A stretch of DNA of 20,000 nt, taken from an uncultured virus (IMG/VR IMGVR_UViG_3300027751_000014) (taxonomy: Duplodnaviria; Heunggongvirae; Uroviricota; Caudoviricetes). A model generated the notes under the pieces. That model worked only from the letters and a program-made list of their open reading frames with translations, searched no databases and was not told the DNA's origin. The stretch lies in IMG/VR virus record IMGVR_UViG_3300027751_000014, one strand, 5' to 3'. Of this stretch, positions 1 to 8,359 are shown piece after piece; within the stretch, counting starts at the first letter, position 1; every line of letters begins with the position of its first letter. The position numbers were made by a program, and so were the translations under genes.

Positions 1-9
1 AATGGCAAG

Positions 10-213
10 ATGGTCCGCACCCTATCTTTTTGCAAAGCCCGCACCCTCGACGGCGAGGTGATGATTTGGGGACCTAGATATATTGTGGTCACAAGCAATC
101 GCACTGGCACTGACATTTTTGACAGTGTTGAGGCTGTGGAAGCCTTTTTGATGGCACGGTTTGTAGACTGGGACGAAGCAGCGGCTAACGCTATTCCGAG
201 GAGAGGAGAATGA
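10..213 (+). CDS. small hypothetical phage protein
   Basis: 67-aa ORF. Its stop overlaps the next start (ATGA at 210-213), and AGGAGA precedes that next start. Confidence 0.55.
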   Translation: MVRTLSFCKARTLDGEVMIWGPRYIVVTSNRTGTDIFDSVEAVEAFLMARFVDWDEAAANAIPRRGE

Positions 214-524
214 AGGAATTTCATTTGCTGATTGACGACCTGCGCGAACCAGAGGGCATGGACGACATTGCTCGAACCAGCACCGACGCCTGTTTGGCAC
301 TTATGCAGCATGAGGGTGTGTTGACTCACCTCTACCTAGATCATGATCTTGGTGAACCTGAGGCAACAGGTTACACAATTTTGAATTGGGCAATCAAGCG
401 CAATTTGTTGCCACCAAACGTTTACCTGGTCACGGCTAATCCCGTTGGTCGAGACAACATGGCACGGGCCCTTGAGAGCGAAGGATACACATTTACCAGA
501 GGCTGGTACAGGAAAGAAGCATGA
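210..524 (+). CDS. stand-alone receiver-like domain (cyclic-phosphate-processing receiver family)
   Basis: Motifs LLIDDLR, LYLDHDLG, TGYTILNW and VTANPVGRDNM match this phage-common receiver family. Strong RBS and ATGA coupling. Confidence 0.75.
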   Translation: MKEFHLLIDDLREPEGMDDIARTSTDACLALMQHEGVLTHLYLDHDLGEPEATGYTILNWAIKRNLLPPNVYLVTANPVGRDNMARALESEGYTFTRGWYRKEA

Positions 525-883
525 GCAACATTACACTCTACCCAATACACGGCAGGAGAACGACCAATAAGGTTGCTGCGATTAAGGCTCTCCGTCAGTT
601 AACTGGTCTGGGCTTGAAAGAAGCGAAAGACGCAGTTGAGGATGTAATGGCAGGACACAGGATAGAGTGTTCTGTGTTGAGTGGCTATGATGTGGAATCC
701 CATAATTCAGAAGAATATAGGGTGCTGGAACAAGAAGGCATTGGGGCTGTTAGCCCCCGTGATGTGTTGGCACGGGAAGCAATCATCATTCCGTTGAAGG
801 AATTAGTCAGTATGGCTACTTGCGAGAGTCAGTACGAGCTTGCCCGAGATATTTTGACCGTGTTGGAGAAACACGACAAGTGA
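521..883 (+). CDS. protein with a ribosomal bL12 (L7/L12) C-terminal-domain-like motif
   Basis: NKVAAIKALRQLTGLGLKEAKDAVE closely matches the bL12 CTD signature (KVAVIKAVRxxTGLGLKEAKDLVE). The rest of the protein is unrelated to bL12. Confidence 0.8.
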   Translation: MSNITLYPIHGRRTTNKVAAIKALRQLTGLGLKEAKDAVEDVMAGHRIECSVLSGYDVESHNSEEYRVLEQEGIGAVSPRDVLAREAIIIPLKELVSMATCESQYELARDILTVLEKHDK

Positions 884-1179
884 AAACTTTTTACGTCACG
901 AACAAGCACTTACAATTCTTTGTGGAAGCGAACGAGAAAACAGAAGCAATTGCCACCGTGACTGGATTTGTAGACAAATTATTGTTCCAATCTAATTTGG
1001 GGAATCTTGATTACATAGAATTAATACCAAAACACTTCAATAACAACATACAATTGAATATGCATGATGGTTGGTCTGAACACGTAATTGACAAAAAATC
1101 CCTTGCTGCAACCGCGAGATTTGCGGCTTGTGAGGTCACAGCAGTTCGAAATCTGCACAGAAAGTCGATAAGTAGTTGA
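880..1179 (+). CDS. hypothetical protein
   Basis: Likely GTG start at 880 overlapping the upstream TGA (GTGA), with GGAG at about 865-868. The ORF track start at 820 is less plausible. Confidence 0.55.
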   Translation: MKTFYVTNKHLQFFVEANEKTEAIATVTGFVDKLLFQSNLGNLDYIELIPKHFNNNIQLNMHDGWSEHVIDKKSLAATARFAACEVTAVRNLHRKSISS

Positions 1180-1228
1180 TATATAAGGTGATTTAGTTCT
1201 TGACAAATGGCATATCTTCTTGTATAAT
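1169..1228 (+). promoter_or_regulatory. sigma70 promoter of rIIA with an upstream IHF-consensus box
   Basis: TTGACA 1200-1205, 17-bp spacer, TATAAT 1223-1228. TAAGTAGTTGATA at 1169-1181 fits YAANNNNTTGATW. Confidence 0.85.
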
Positions 1229-1260
1229 GTAATTACACACTGAGAACAGAGGAAGAAAAG

Positions 1261-3540
1261 ATGAAGTTAGAAGTCAAATCGACTCCCGTATTGACAAGTG
1301 GGCTGCAAACCCAAGGCGAGTTCCGCATCAAGAACTCCGCAAAGGCGTTTTCGATCCTATCCAGCGGCCTGTACTCCAATAAGTACCAAGCAATCCTGCG
1401 AGAGCTGGGCTGTAATGCTTATGACAGTCACGTTGCCGCAGGCAAAGCAGACGTTCCGTTCACTGTTCACCTTCCTACGAGGTTGAACCCGACCCTCAGC
1501 ATCCGTGATTACGGTGTTGGTCTGGATAATGACGGCGTTATCAACATCTACACAACCTATTTTGAAAGCACCAAGCAAGACAGCAACGATTTTGTGGGCT
1601 GCATGGGTCTTGGTAGCAAGTCACCTTTCTCTTACACGACCAACTTCAGTGTCACAGCCATTAAGGATGGCATGAAGCGGGTTTACAGCGCCTTTATTGG
1701 CGACCAAGGCATCCCAAACATTGCGCGGTTGACCGAAGAAAAGACAACCGAAGGCAACGGCGTAGAGGTGTCCTTCCCCGTAGAGCGCGACGATGTGCGC
1801 TATTTTGAACGCGAAGCACGGGGCGTCTTCAAATGGTTCAAGGTCACCCCAACTTTTGAGGGTGTAGATCTTACAGTAGAGAAGCAAGAATACTCGCAGG
1901 AAAACATTGTTCCTGGCGTGCATATTTTGAAGCCGGAGAGTAGCTGGAGCCGCCCCGACTCTGTGGCGGTTATGGGTAACGTGGCCTATCCGATCAACGC
2001 CAAAAACGCAAACCTCAGCAAGGAGTTGGAGAATGTTTACGACAACCTTGGCGTAGCGATTGAATTTGAAATTGGCGAACTGGACATTGCTGCTTCGAGG
2101 GAAGAGTTGAGTTACGTTCCGCTGACAAAGAAGACGCTGGAACGCAAGGGCGAGGAAATCCTCGCAGGATTGGTCGTCTACCTCGAAGAAAAACTGAAGA
2201 CAAAGAAGTCCCCGTGGGAACGTGGTGTACTTTTTAACGAATTGATGGCAACGAACGCGGACTTCTTTAGGCCAGCCATTATACGCTGGATACAGGACAA
2301 CCCCAAGAAGGTTGACAGCATGTCTAAGATCGGTTACACGGACTATAAGGCAGGTATTGAGTACCCGACCCTTATCAAGAAGTTTCCTGATCTGAGGTTT
2401 GTTAGCAACCAAATCCACCACATCAGTTCACGCAACGGTGATGGTCTGCGGATGAGCAACAACGGTGCACAGTATTTTGAAAACACATCTGGTTGCCTCG
2501 TTTGGTGCCCAGCGGAGACGTATGTTGTTCTGCATGATGGCGTTGGCGATGCTAACCGCAGGATTAAGGCGGCATATAACGCAAAAATGTTCCCGAAGAT
2601 GCGCGGAATGGAATTTGTGGTTATAAAGCCCACTGATAAGAAGGCTGATCCTGAAGCGGCGTTCAAGAAGGCATTGAAGATGCTTGGTCGTCCGCATGCA
2701 AGCCAAGTTTTTAGAACCAGCGACATGCCTGGAAACGTAAAAGGCGCAGCCGGCAAGATCGAGAGACAGATCGGTGTTTTGAATTTTGAACAAAGGGACA
2801 ACGGTCGCTATGGTTCAAGGATGTGGACACTAGTTAAGGCAGAAGATGATTTTGCCGATCTTGAGCCGTCAGTTGATACGACATTCCTTTATGTGCCGCT
2901 GATGAATAAGACTATTGTTGGTGAAAACCACAGCTATAGCGCGGAAGGGTTTGTAGAGACATACAAGGACGTAGTCCAGGAACTGTGTGGATTCAATTTG
3001 ACAGACCACCTTTACGGTGTGTTGAAGACGTCCACAAAGGCTATCCAGGAAAAGACGGATTGGAAAAACTTCTTCGATTATATTGAAGCTAAGTTTGACA
3101 AGCTGGATTGGAACAAGCTTCGCAATGCTGCCCTGCTCGTAGAGAACAGGTCACAGATTATTGATTTGGTCGATTTTACAAATGTCTCAGTCAAGGCATT
3201 AGAGAATTATGTAGCGGTTAGCCCAAATACTTCTTTTGGACAGTTGGCTACTATGTATTTGGAGTGCCGCGACGCAAAGAAGAATGATGCCGCAATGCGG
3301 ACCGCAGTATCCCGCTTCAATAACATCCTTGCTTCAATGCGCAAGCTCTTCCCCAAGAAGAACTTTGACAAATATAGCCTGGACTCAAACGAAGTGGCCG
3401 TGGAGAAGTTGGTAGATAAGATAAAAACCAAATACCCAATGTTGAGTGTGGTCAAGTTGGGCAACGATTACTACAATCGCATTGGGAAAGACAAATGGCA
3501 ACTAATGATTGATTATGTGAAGATGATTGACAACAGGTAG
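1261..3540 (+). CDS. rIIA: RIIA-like protein (N-terminal GHKL/HATPase domain)
   Basis: GHKL motifs LRELGCNAYDSH, IRDYGVGL and GCMGLGSKSPFSY; rIIA-type motifs MGNVAYPI and GELDIAASREELSY; 759 aa; directly followed by rIIB. Confidence 0.92.
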   Translation: MKLEVKSTPVLTSGLQTQGEFRIKNSAKAFSILSSGLYSNKYQAILRELGCNAYDSHVAAGKADVPFTVHLPTRLNPTLSIRDYGVGLDNDGVINIYTTYFESTKQDSNDFVGCMGLGSKSPFSYTTNFSVTAIKDGMKRVYSAFIGDQGIPNIARLTEEKTTEGNGVEVSFPVERDDVRYFEREARGVFKWFKVTPTFEGVDLTVEKQEYSQENIVPGVHILKPESSWSRPDSVAVMGNVAYPINAKNANLSKELENVYDNLGVAIEFEIGELDIAASREELSYVPLTKKTLERKGEEILAGLVVYLEEKLKTKKSPWERGVLFNELMATNADFFRPAIIRWIQDNPKKVDSMSKIGYTDYKAGIEYPTLIKKFPDLRFVSNQIHHISSRNGDGLRMSNNGAQYFENTSGCLVWCPAETYVVLHDGVGDANRRIKAAYNAKMFPKMRGMEFVVIKPTDKKADPEAAFKKALKMLGRPHASQVFRTSDMPGNVKGAAGKIERQIGVLNFEQRDNGRYGSRMWTLVKAEDDFADLEPSVDTTFLYVPLMNKTIVGENHSYSAEGFVETYKDVVQELCGFNLTDHLYGVLKTSTKAIQEKTDWKNFFDYIEAKFDKLDWNKLRNAALLVENRSQIIDLVDFTNVSVKALENYVAVSPNTSFGQLATMYLECRDAKKNDAAMRTAVSRFNNILASMRKLFPKKNFDKYSLDSNEVAVEKLVDKIKTKYPMLSVVKLGNDYYNRIGKDKWQLMIDYVKMIDNR

Positions 3541-3550
3541 TAAATACTAC

Positions 3551-3579
3551 TTGACAACGGCACAATATGGTGCTATAAT
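3551..3579 (+). promoter_or_regulatory. sigma70 promoter of rIIB (extended -10)
   Basis: TTGACA 3551-3556, 17 bp, TGC-TATAAT with the -10 at 3574-3579. Preceded by the small inverted repeat GTAGTA-AA-TACTAC (3537-3550). Confidence 0.85.
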
Positions 3580-3606
3580 GTACACAATGCACACAGGAGA
3601 GTAAAG

Positions 3607-4653
3607 ATGTTTCCGTATATTTTGGTTGATGAAGACACACTGACGATTGTGATTGAGAACACTCACCACATTATCAAGCGTGGTCTGCATCCGAAGTTTG
3701 AACAGATCGTAAATGCCATAAAGGCACAGGATTGGGATGCGATTCCTGACCTTGTCGATCTGACCCGTCAACTCGCTAACTATGCCCAAGGTCTCCTTGA
3801 GGTGAAGAATGGCGATGTTTATTGGGATGGTAAGCCCTTCCACAATGCGCTGACAGATCGGTTGCTGCGTATGCTGGAAGACGACTTCCCTGTTGAGCCG
3901 CTAGTCAACTTCCTGCACAATTTGAAGAAGAATCCTTCGAAGCGCGCAGTGGACGAGCTTTATGGCTTCCTGGAAGTTTGCAACCTGCCCATTACGCCCG
4001 ACGGTCACTTCCTCGCCTACAAGAAAGTTCGCAGGGATTATAAGGACGTTTACAGTGGCACGTTTGACAATAGCGTAGGCCAGGTGTGTTCTATGGCTCG
4101 GAACGAGGTGGATGAAGACAAGGATCGCACCTGCTCGCAGGGCTTGCATTTTTGCTCTATCTCCTACCTCAAGTCTTTTGGCGGTGAGCGTGTAATGATT
4201 CTCAAGATTAACCCCGCTGATGTGGTGTCCATCCCTTCGGATTACAACAACTCAAAGGGTCGCACATGGCGCTATGAGGTTATTGGTGAACACACTAGCG
4301 ACTACGACGGCGGCGACGAGTACGAAGATGCGTTTGAAGATGTGGTTGACACGTCTTGGGGCGATTACGAAGACGATTATGAAGATGATTACGAGGATGA
4401 AGAGGATGACGTAGATGACGAAACGCTTTCTGTTCGAGAAGTGTATGTAGACGATTACGGACAGTACCGCTACTCTGACAGTGGTCAGTATGCGAGCAGC
4501 GAAGCGTATCGTGCCTACAATGACTCGCAGGCGGCTAACGAACCTCGTGCGGTCTACAGAGATAGCCAAGGTCGCTATCGTTACGATGATAATGGTCAGT
4601 ATGCATCTCAGGATGCTTACGATGAATACTGGGACTGGAGAGACGACCAGTAA
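3607..4653 (+). CDS. rIIB: RIIB-like protein with an acidic, repeat-containing C-terminal tail
   Basis: Motifs NPSKRAVDELYGFL, LPITPDGHFLAYKKV, CSQGLHFCS and INPADVVSIPSDYNNSKGR are typical of rIIB. RBS AGGAG. Confidence 0.92.
   Translation: MFPYILVDEDTLTIVIENTHHIIKRGLHPKFEQIVNAIKAQDWDAIPDLVDLTRQLANYAQGLLEVKNGDVYWDGKPFHNALTDRLLRMLEDDFPVEPLVNFLHNLKKNPSKRAVDELYGFLEVCNLPITPDGHFLAYKKVRRDYKDVYSGTFDNSVGQVCSMARNEVDEDKDRTCSQGLHFCSISYLKSFGGERVMILKINPADVVSIPSDYNNSKGRTWRYEVIGEHTSDYDGGDEYEDAFEDVVDTSWGDYEDDYEDDYEDEEDDVDDETLSVREVYVDDYGQYRYSDSGQYASSEAYRAYNDSQAANEPRAVYRDSQGRYRYDDNGQYASQDAYDEYWDWRDDQ
4435..4629 (+). repeat. in-frame tandem duplication (period 111 nt, 37 aa) in the rIIB tail
   Basis: REVYVDDYGQYRYSDSGQYASSEAYRAY (4435-4518) versus RAVYRDSQGRYRYDDNGQYASQDAYDEY (4546-4629). 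Confidence 0.85.
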
Positions 4654-4659
4654 TGAATC

Positions 4660-4729
4660 GGGGTGTATTGGCGCAACTCAGTGTGTGAGTCCTTTGCTTC
4701 TTCTCAGCGCCTTTACACCCCACCTTTTT
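4660..4729 (+). terminator. long imperfect stem-loop with T-tract after rIIB (terminator or small RNA)
   Basis: GGGGTGTA/TACACCCC, GGCGC/GCGCC and inner ACTCA/TGAGT pairings, followed by ACCTTTTT. Confidence 0.55.
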
Positions 4730-4956
4730 ATGTGCAGAGCGACAGCTCTGGTTGTGAGCTTGGTCGGTTTTATGTCTTCAATGTGTCACCAAAAAGCACA
4801 CCTGTCGCCCAGGTTGCGAGACATACAATGGCATTGGACCGTAAGAGTGTAACTTTGCGGCTGTCGCCGCGTATGCTTACGGTGGGTGCCATCCTAGTTC
4901 GGCTAGGTTTGGCGCACTAAGTGGGGGGTCCTGAACGGGGAAGCAGGAGCACATAA
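4728..4956 (+). ncRNA. putative multibranched structured RNA of unknown family
   Basis: Closing stem TTATGTGC/GCACATAA encloses five helical arms with further internal hairpins (detailed in findings). No convincing CDS in this interval. Strand assumed from the flanking genes. Confidence 0.55.
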
Positions 4957-4971
4957 TTTATACGGAGGGAT

Positions 4972-6936
4972 ATGAAGAAAACAAGACTACTGTTACCAAA
5001 TTTCAAACTTTCTCCAGCGGAACAATTAGAAGAAGCTGTACGATGCGTATTAGCAGCAGACGAACAGATAGAAACCGCGCTAAACAATGAAACATATACA
5101 TGGGACAATTTGGTTGTCCCTCTTTTGCTTGCTGATAATGAAATCACAAAGGCAAACTCCATCGTGTCATTTTATTACGCTATTGTCAGTGGCGAGGAAT
5201 CCAGTACCGCGCTAAAACAGTTTACAATATTCAGCGCGGCACGAACTAGTAAAATTATTGAAGATGGAAGGATGTTCGCTGCATTGTCCTCGCTAAAGAA
5301 ATCCAAACTAACTAAAAAGCAAAAAGCAATTGTGGAACACCAGTTGCTTTACTTTACACAATCCGGCGCCAGCATTTCACAGGAGAAAAAAGCAGAGCTG
5401 GAAAAAGTTTCAAAACAGCTTACAGAGCAGACCATAGCCTTCCAGTTGAATTATAAAATCTGTGAGGAAGCATGGCAGTTGCACGTTACAGACGAGAGTA
5501 TGTTAGATGGTGTGGATGAAAGCACAAAAAAGATGCTGCACACCGCCGCAAAAGAACAAGGGCTTGATGGTTGGTTGATACGGTATGCAGAAAACACTAT
5601 AGATGAACTTATTAGGGATTGCACAAACCGCACAATGCGACAAAAGCTATTCTTTGCAACGCAGACTATGGCAAGCGATTATAGTACACGCGAAGAAGAT
5701 AATTTCAACCTAATAACAGACATCCTCCATTCAAGGCACAAGAAAGCAAAATTGCTTGGTCATAAAAACTTCGCCTCGTTAGCATTGGAAGGAATGTCGG
5801 TCACCGATCCTGTGCAGATCATACGAATACTAGAGCGCATGATTAGCAAAACGAACAAGAAACTAAAGCGAGAATACAGAGAACTTAGCAAACTGGCGAA
5901 GGGTGAAATCTCAAAACTGGAACGCTGGGACCTCGATCATTATTCTCAACGCTGGAGGGAGGAATTCCTCGAACAGAAACCTATGTCTGACTACCTAGAA
6001 ACAATCCCAACGTTTCGGAGGATGTTGGAATACTTTGGCACATTGCTGGATATAAAATTTGTGGAAGCATCACCGCCGTCAAAGCCGCACAAGTCCGTTA
6101 TGTTTTTTGAAGCCTATAAGGACGATAAACTGCTTGGTGGATTTTACGCAGACATACTACGGCGCCCAGGAAAACACGACGGGGCATGGGTGAATAATTA
6201 TTCCTTCCGTGTGTTTGACGAACCGCAGGTACTTGTGTATGCGCTAAATTATGAAAAGACTATGGGTCACTCAGACCTCATTGTTATGCTGCACGAGTTT
6301 GGTCACCTATTGCATGGCCTATATAATACTAGTCCATATTCCACGTACGGAGGATCGCTATCATTGTCGTGGGATGCGATAGAATTCCCAAGTCAATTTT
6401 TTGAAAACTTTGCCTGGCACCCAGCCTCATTGAAGGTGCTTGCTCGCCACTATGAGACTGGTAGACCACCCACAGCTAAAATGATTGCAACGCAAATAGA
6501 ATCACGTTACGCTGGTTCGGGCTGCTATATGCAACGCTATATTAAGAAAGCCCTAGCCGACATTACCCTCCATTATTCCTACAAGGACAAACCTGATTTT
6601 GTAGACGACACAACGGTGCCTATATTTCACGTAGACGGCATACGTTATCACCAATGGGAAAACAGAATCTTATCGCGTATGCATCATTCCTTTAGCTTTG
6701 ATTCAGGATACGAGTCAATGTACTATGTATACTTTTGGTCGGAAATGATTGCGCGAGATGCGTTTGAACCTTTTATAGAACTAAAAACAAGTTTTGACAT
6801 GGGAACAGAACTCAAAAAGTTTATGACAGCGTTTATTGAACCTGTTGACGAAGACATTAGAAAACTGTTTAAGAAATATATGGGTCGTTCCTTCAATACT
6901 AGAGCATGGGCAAAATTCTACGGCTTCGATAAATAG
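4972..6936 (+). CDS. M3 family zinc oligopeptidase (oligopeptidase A / Dcp-like)
   Basis: HEFGH zinc motif, WDAIEFPSQFFENFAW, GYESMYYVYFWSE and GFYADILRRPGKHDGAW; 654 aa; RBS GGAGG. Confidence 0.92.
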   Translation: MKKTRLLLPNFKLSPAEQLEEAVRCVLAADEQIETALNNETYTWDNLVVPLLLADNEITKANSIVSFYYAIVSGEESSTALKQFTIFSAARTSKIIEDGRMFAALSSLKKSKLTKKQKAIVEHQLLYFTQSGASISQEKKAELEKVSKQLTEQTIAFQLNYKICEEAWQLHVTDESMLDGVDESTKKMLHTAAKEQGLDGWLIRYAENTIDELIRDCTNRTMRQKLFFATQTMASDYSTREEDNFNLITDILHSRHKKAKLLGHKNFASLALEGMSVTDPVQIIRILERMISKTNKKLKREYRELSKLAKGEISKLERWDLDHYSQRWREEFLEQKPMSDYLETIPTFRRMLEYFGTLLDIKFVEASPPSKPHKSVMFFEAYKDDKLLGGFYADILRRPGKHDGAWVNNYSFRVFDEPQVLVYALNYEKTMGHSDLIVMLHEFGHLLHGLYNTSPYSTYGGSLSLSWDAIEFPSQFFENFAWHPASLKVLARHYETGRPPTAKMIATQIESRYAGSGCYMQRYIKKALADITLHYSYKDKPDFVDDTTVPIFHVDGIRYHQWENRILSRMHHSFSFDSGYESMYYVYFWSEMIARDAFEPFIELKTSFDMGTELKKFMTAFIEPVDEDIRKLFKKYMGRSFNTRAWAKFYGFDK

Positions 6937-6965
6937 CGTATACATTGTTTAAAGGAGCATTACAA

Positions 6966-7709
6966 ATGGATTATGGTTTAAAACTAGACAGCTTTGTCTT
7001 GGAAGATTTATACGGCAAAACATTAACAGATCGTCTAAATCAAAAATACCACATAACATGCCTATACCTAGCCAAGCTTGCTTGGCGTAACGTAGACACC
7101 GTGATAAAAGACCTCACGGATATGGGTGCGACAAAAATAAAATTTTATGACAGCCTTGGCGTCCAAGGCTACTTTGCAGAATTTGACGACGTGGCGGTTG
7201 TTGCGTTCCGTGCAACGGAATGGGGCGAGGCTCACGATCTAAAAATTGATTTTACATTTTGGAAGACGGATTTCCGAGGTCTAAAAGCACACAAGGGGTT
7301 TGCAACAGCCATACAAAAAGTGTTGCCTGAAATCGAAGCCGACCTAGCCCTTGTCCCACCAACCAAGCGTGTCCTTTATACGGGTCACAGCCTTGGTGGA
7401 GCATTAGCAGCCATGTTAGCAGTTGTGCGCAAACCAACTGACCTATGCACATTTGGTCAACCTCGCATCTTTGGTGGCACTATCCCCACTGAGATCTACC
7501 AAGGCGTGAACTACCATCGCGTCGTTGTGCAATGGGATTGGGTTCGCCTCATTCCCCCAAACATTCCATTCTTATTGAGCTACAAACACGCTGGGATAAG
7601 GCGTTTGTTGAAGCGAAGAATATCATTCTCTGTACTATGGGCAGGTGACCACAACCTAAGTACATATTTAGAGCTTTTGGTTAAGGAAGATGGCACCCTA
7701 GATTCATAG
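6966..7709 (+). CDS. class-3 lipase (alpha/beta hydrolase)
   Basis: VVAFRATE, AHKGF, nucleophile motif TGHSLGG, TFGQPR, DWVRLIP (Asp) and GDH (His). ATG at 6966 follows AAGGAG. Confidence 0.88.
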   Translation: MDYGLKLDSFVLEDLYGKTLTDRLNQKYHITCLYLAKLAWRNVDTVIKDLTDMGATKIKFYDSLGVQGYFAEFDDVAVVAFRATEWGEAHDLKIDFTFWKTDFRGLKAHKGFATAIQKVLPEIEADLALVPPTKRVLYTGHSLGGALAAMLAVVRKPTDLCTFGQPRIFGGTIPTEIYQGVNYHRVVVQWDWVRLIPPNIPFLLSYKHAGIRRLLKRRISFSVLWAGDHNLSTYLELLVKEDGTLDS

Positions 7710-7753
7710 ATTCTGGTAAATACGTGTATAACTACTAACACAGGGAAACACGT

Positions 7754-8359
7754 ATGAGCCTACAAGATCTAATTAATTCCATTAAGACTACGCCACCAAT
7801 GAATGATCCTAGCCATTTCAATAAGGCTATCATCACTACACTGGAACACGAAGGTGGTTTTAGTAACGATCCCGTTGATCCAGGTGGCGCCACAAACTGG
7901 GGCATGTCCATACGCTATTTGAAAGGTCGCGGCGATTCCGACGGCGACGGCTGGTTAGATGGTGACTTAGATCACGATGGCGACATTGATATTGACGACA
8001 TTAAAAACATGACTACGGAGCAAGCTATTGCACTGTACAAGTCGGGTTTTTGGGACAAATATAATTACGAAACTATACACGACTACACAGTAGCAGCCCG
8101 CGTATTTGACATGACTGTAAATATGGGCGCAATACAAACTGGTAAAATTGTACAGCGAGCACTAAATGCTTGTGGCAACAACTTAGTCGTAGACGGCAAG
8201 GTTGGCCCTAACACTTTTAATGCGATCAATTGCACTAACTCCGAAATGTTAATGTCTGAGATTCGCCAGTTCCATGCTCAATTTTACTTAGACCTAATTG
8301 CTGCAAAACCAGCAATGGCAAAATACAAGAAAGGGTGGTTGCGTAGGGCAGCCGCTTAA
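7754..8359 (+). CDS. glycoside hydrolase family 108 lysozyme with a C-terminal peptidoglycan-binding domain (endolysin candidate)
   Basis: EGGFSNDPVDPGGATNWG catalytic motif, VFDMTVNMG, VDGKVGPNT and KGWLRR. Confidence 0.9.
   Translation: MSLQDLINSIKTTPPMNDPSHFNKAIITTLEHEGGFSNDPVDPGGATNWGMSIRYLKGRGDSDGDGWLDGDLDHDGDIDIDDIKNMTTEQAIALYKSGFWDKYNYETIHDYTVAARVFDMTVNMGAIQTGKIVQRALNACGNNLVVDGKVGPNTFNAINCTNSEMLMSEIRQFHAQFYLDLIAAKPAMAKYKKGWLRRAAA

Noticed and set aside
4660..4724. tRNA or tmRNA, suggested by the GGGGTGT/ACACCCC-ACC acceptor-like stem
   Set aside because: Only about 65 nt, no T-loop GTTCRA, no D or anticodon arms, and it ends ACCT rather than NCCA.
4663..4920. 85-aa ORF, and overlapping ORF 4481-4852, in the rIIB-peptidase gap
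   Set aside because: No clear RBS, non-ATG or overlapping starts and atypical composition. The region is better explained by RNA structure.
4925..4950. SRP RNA, suggested by GGAAGCAG
   Set aside because: The complementary CAGG side and GNRA-capped helix of SRP domain IV are not in the right arrangement.
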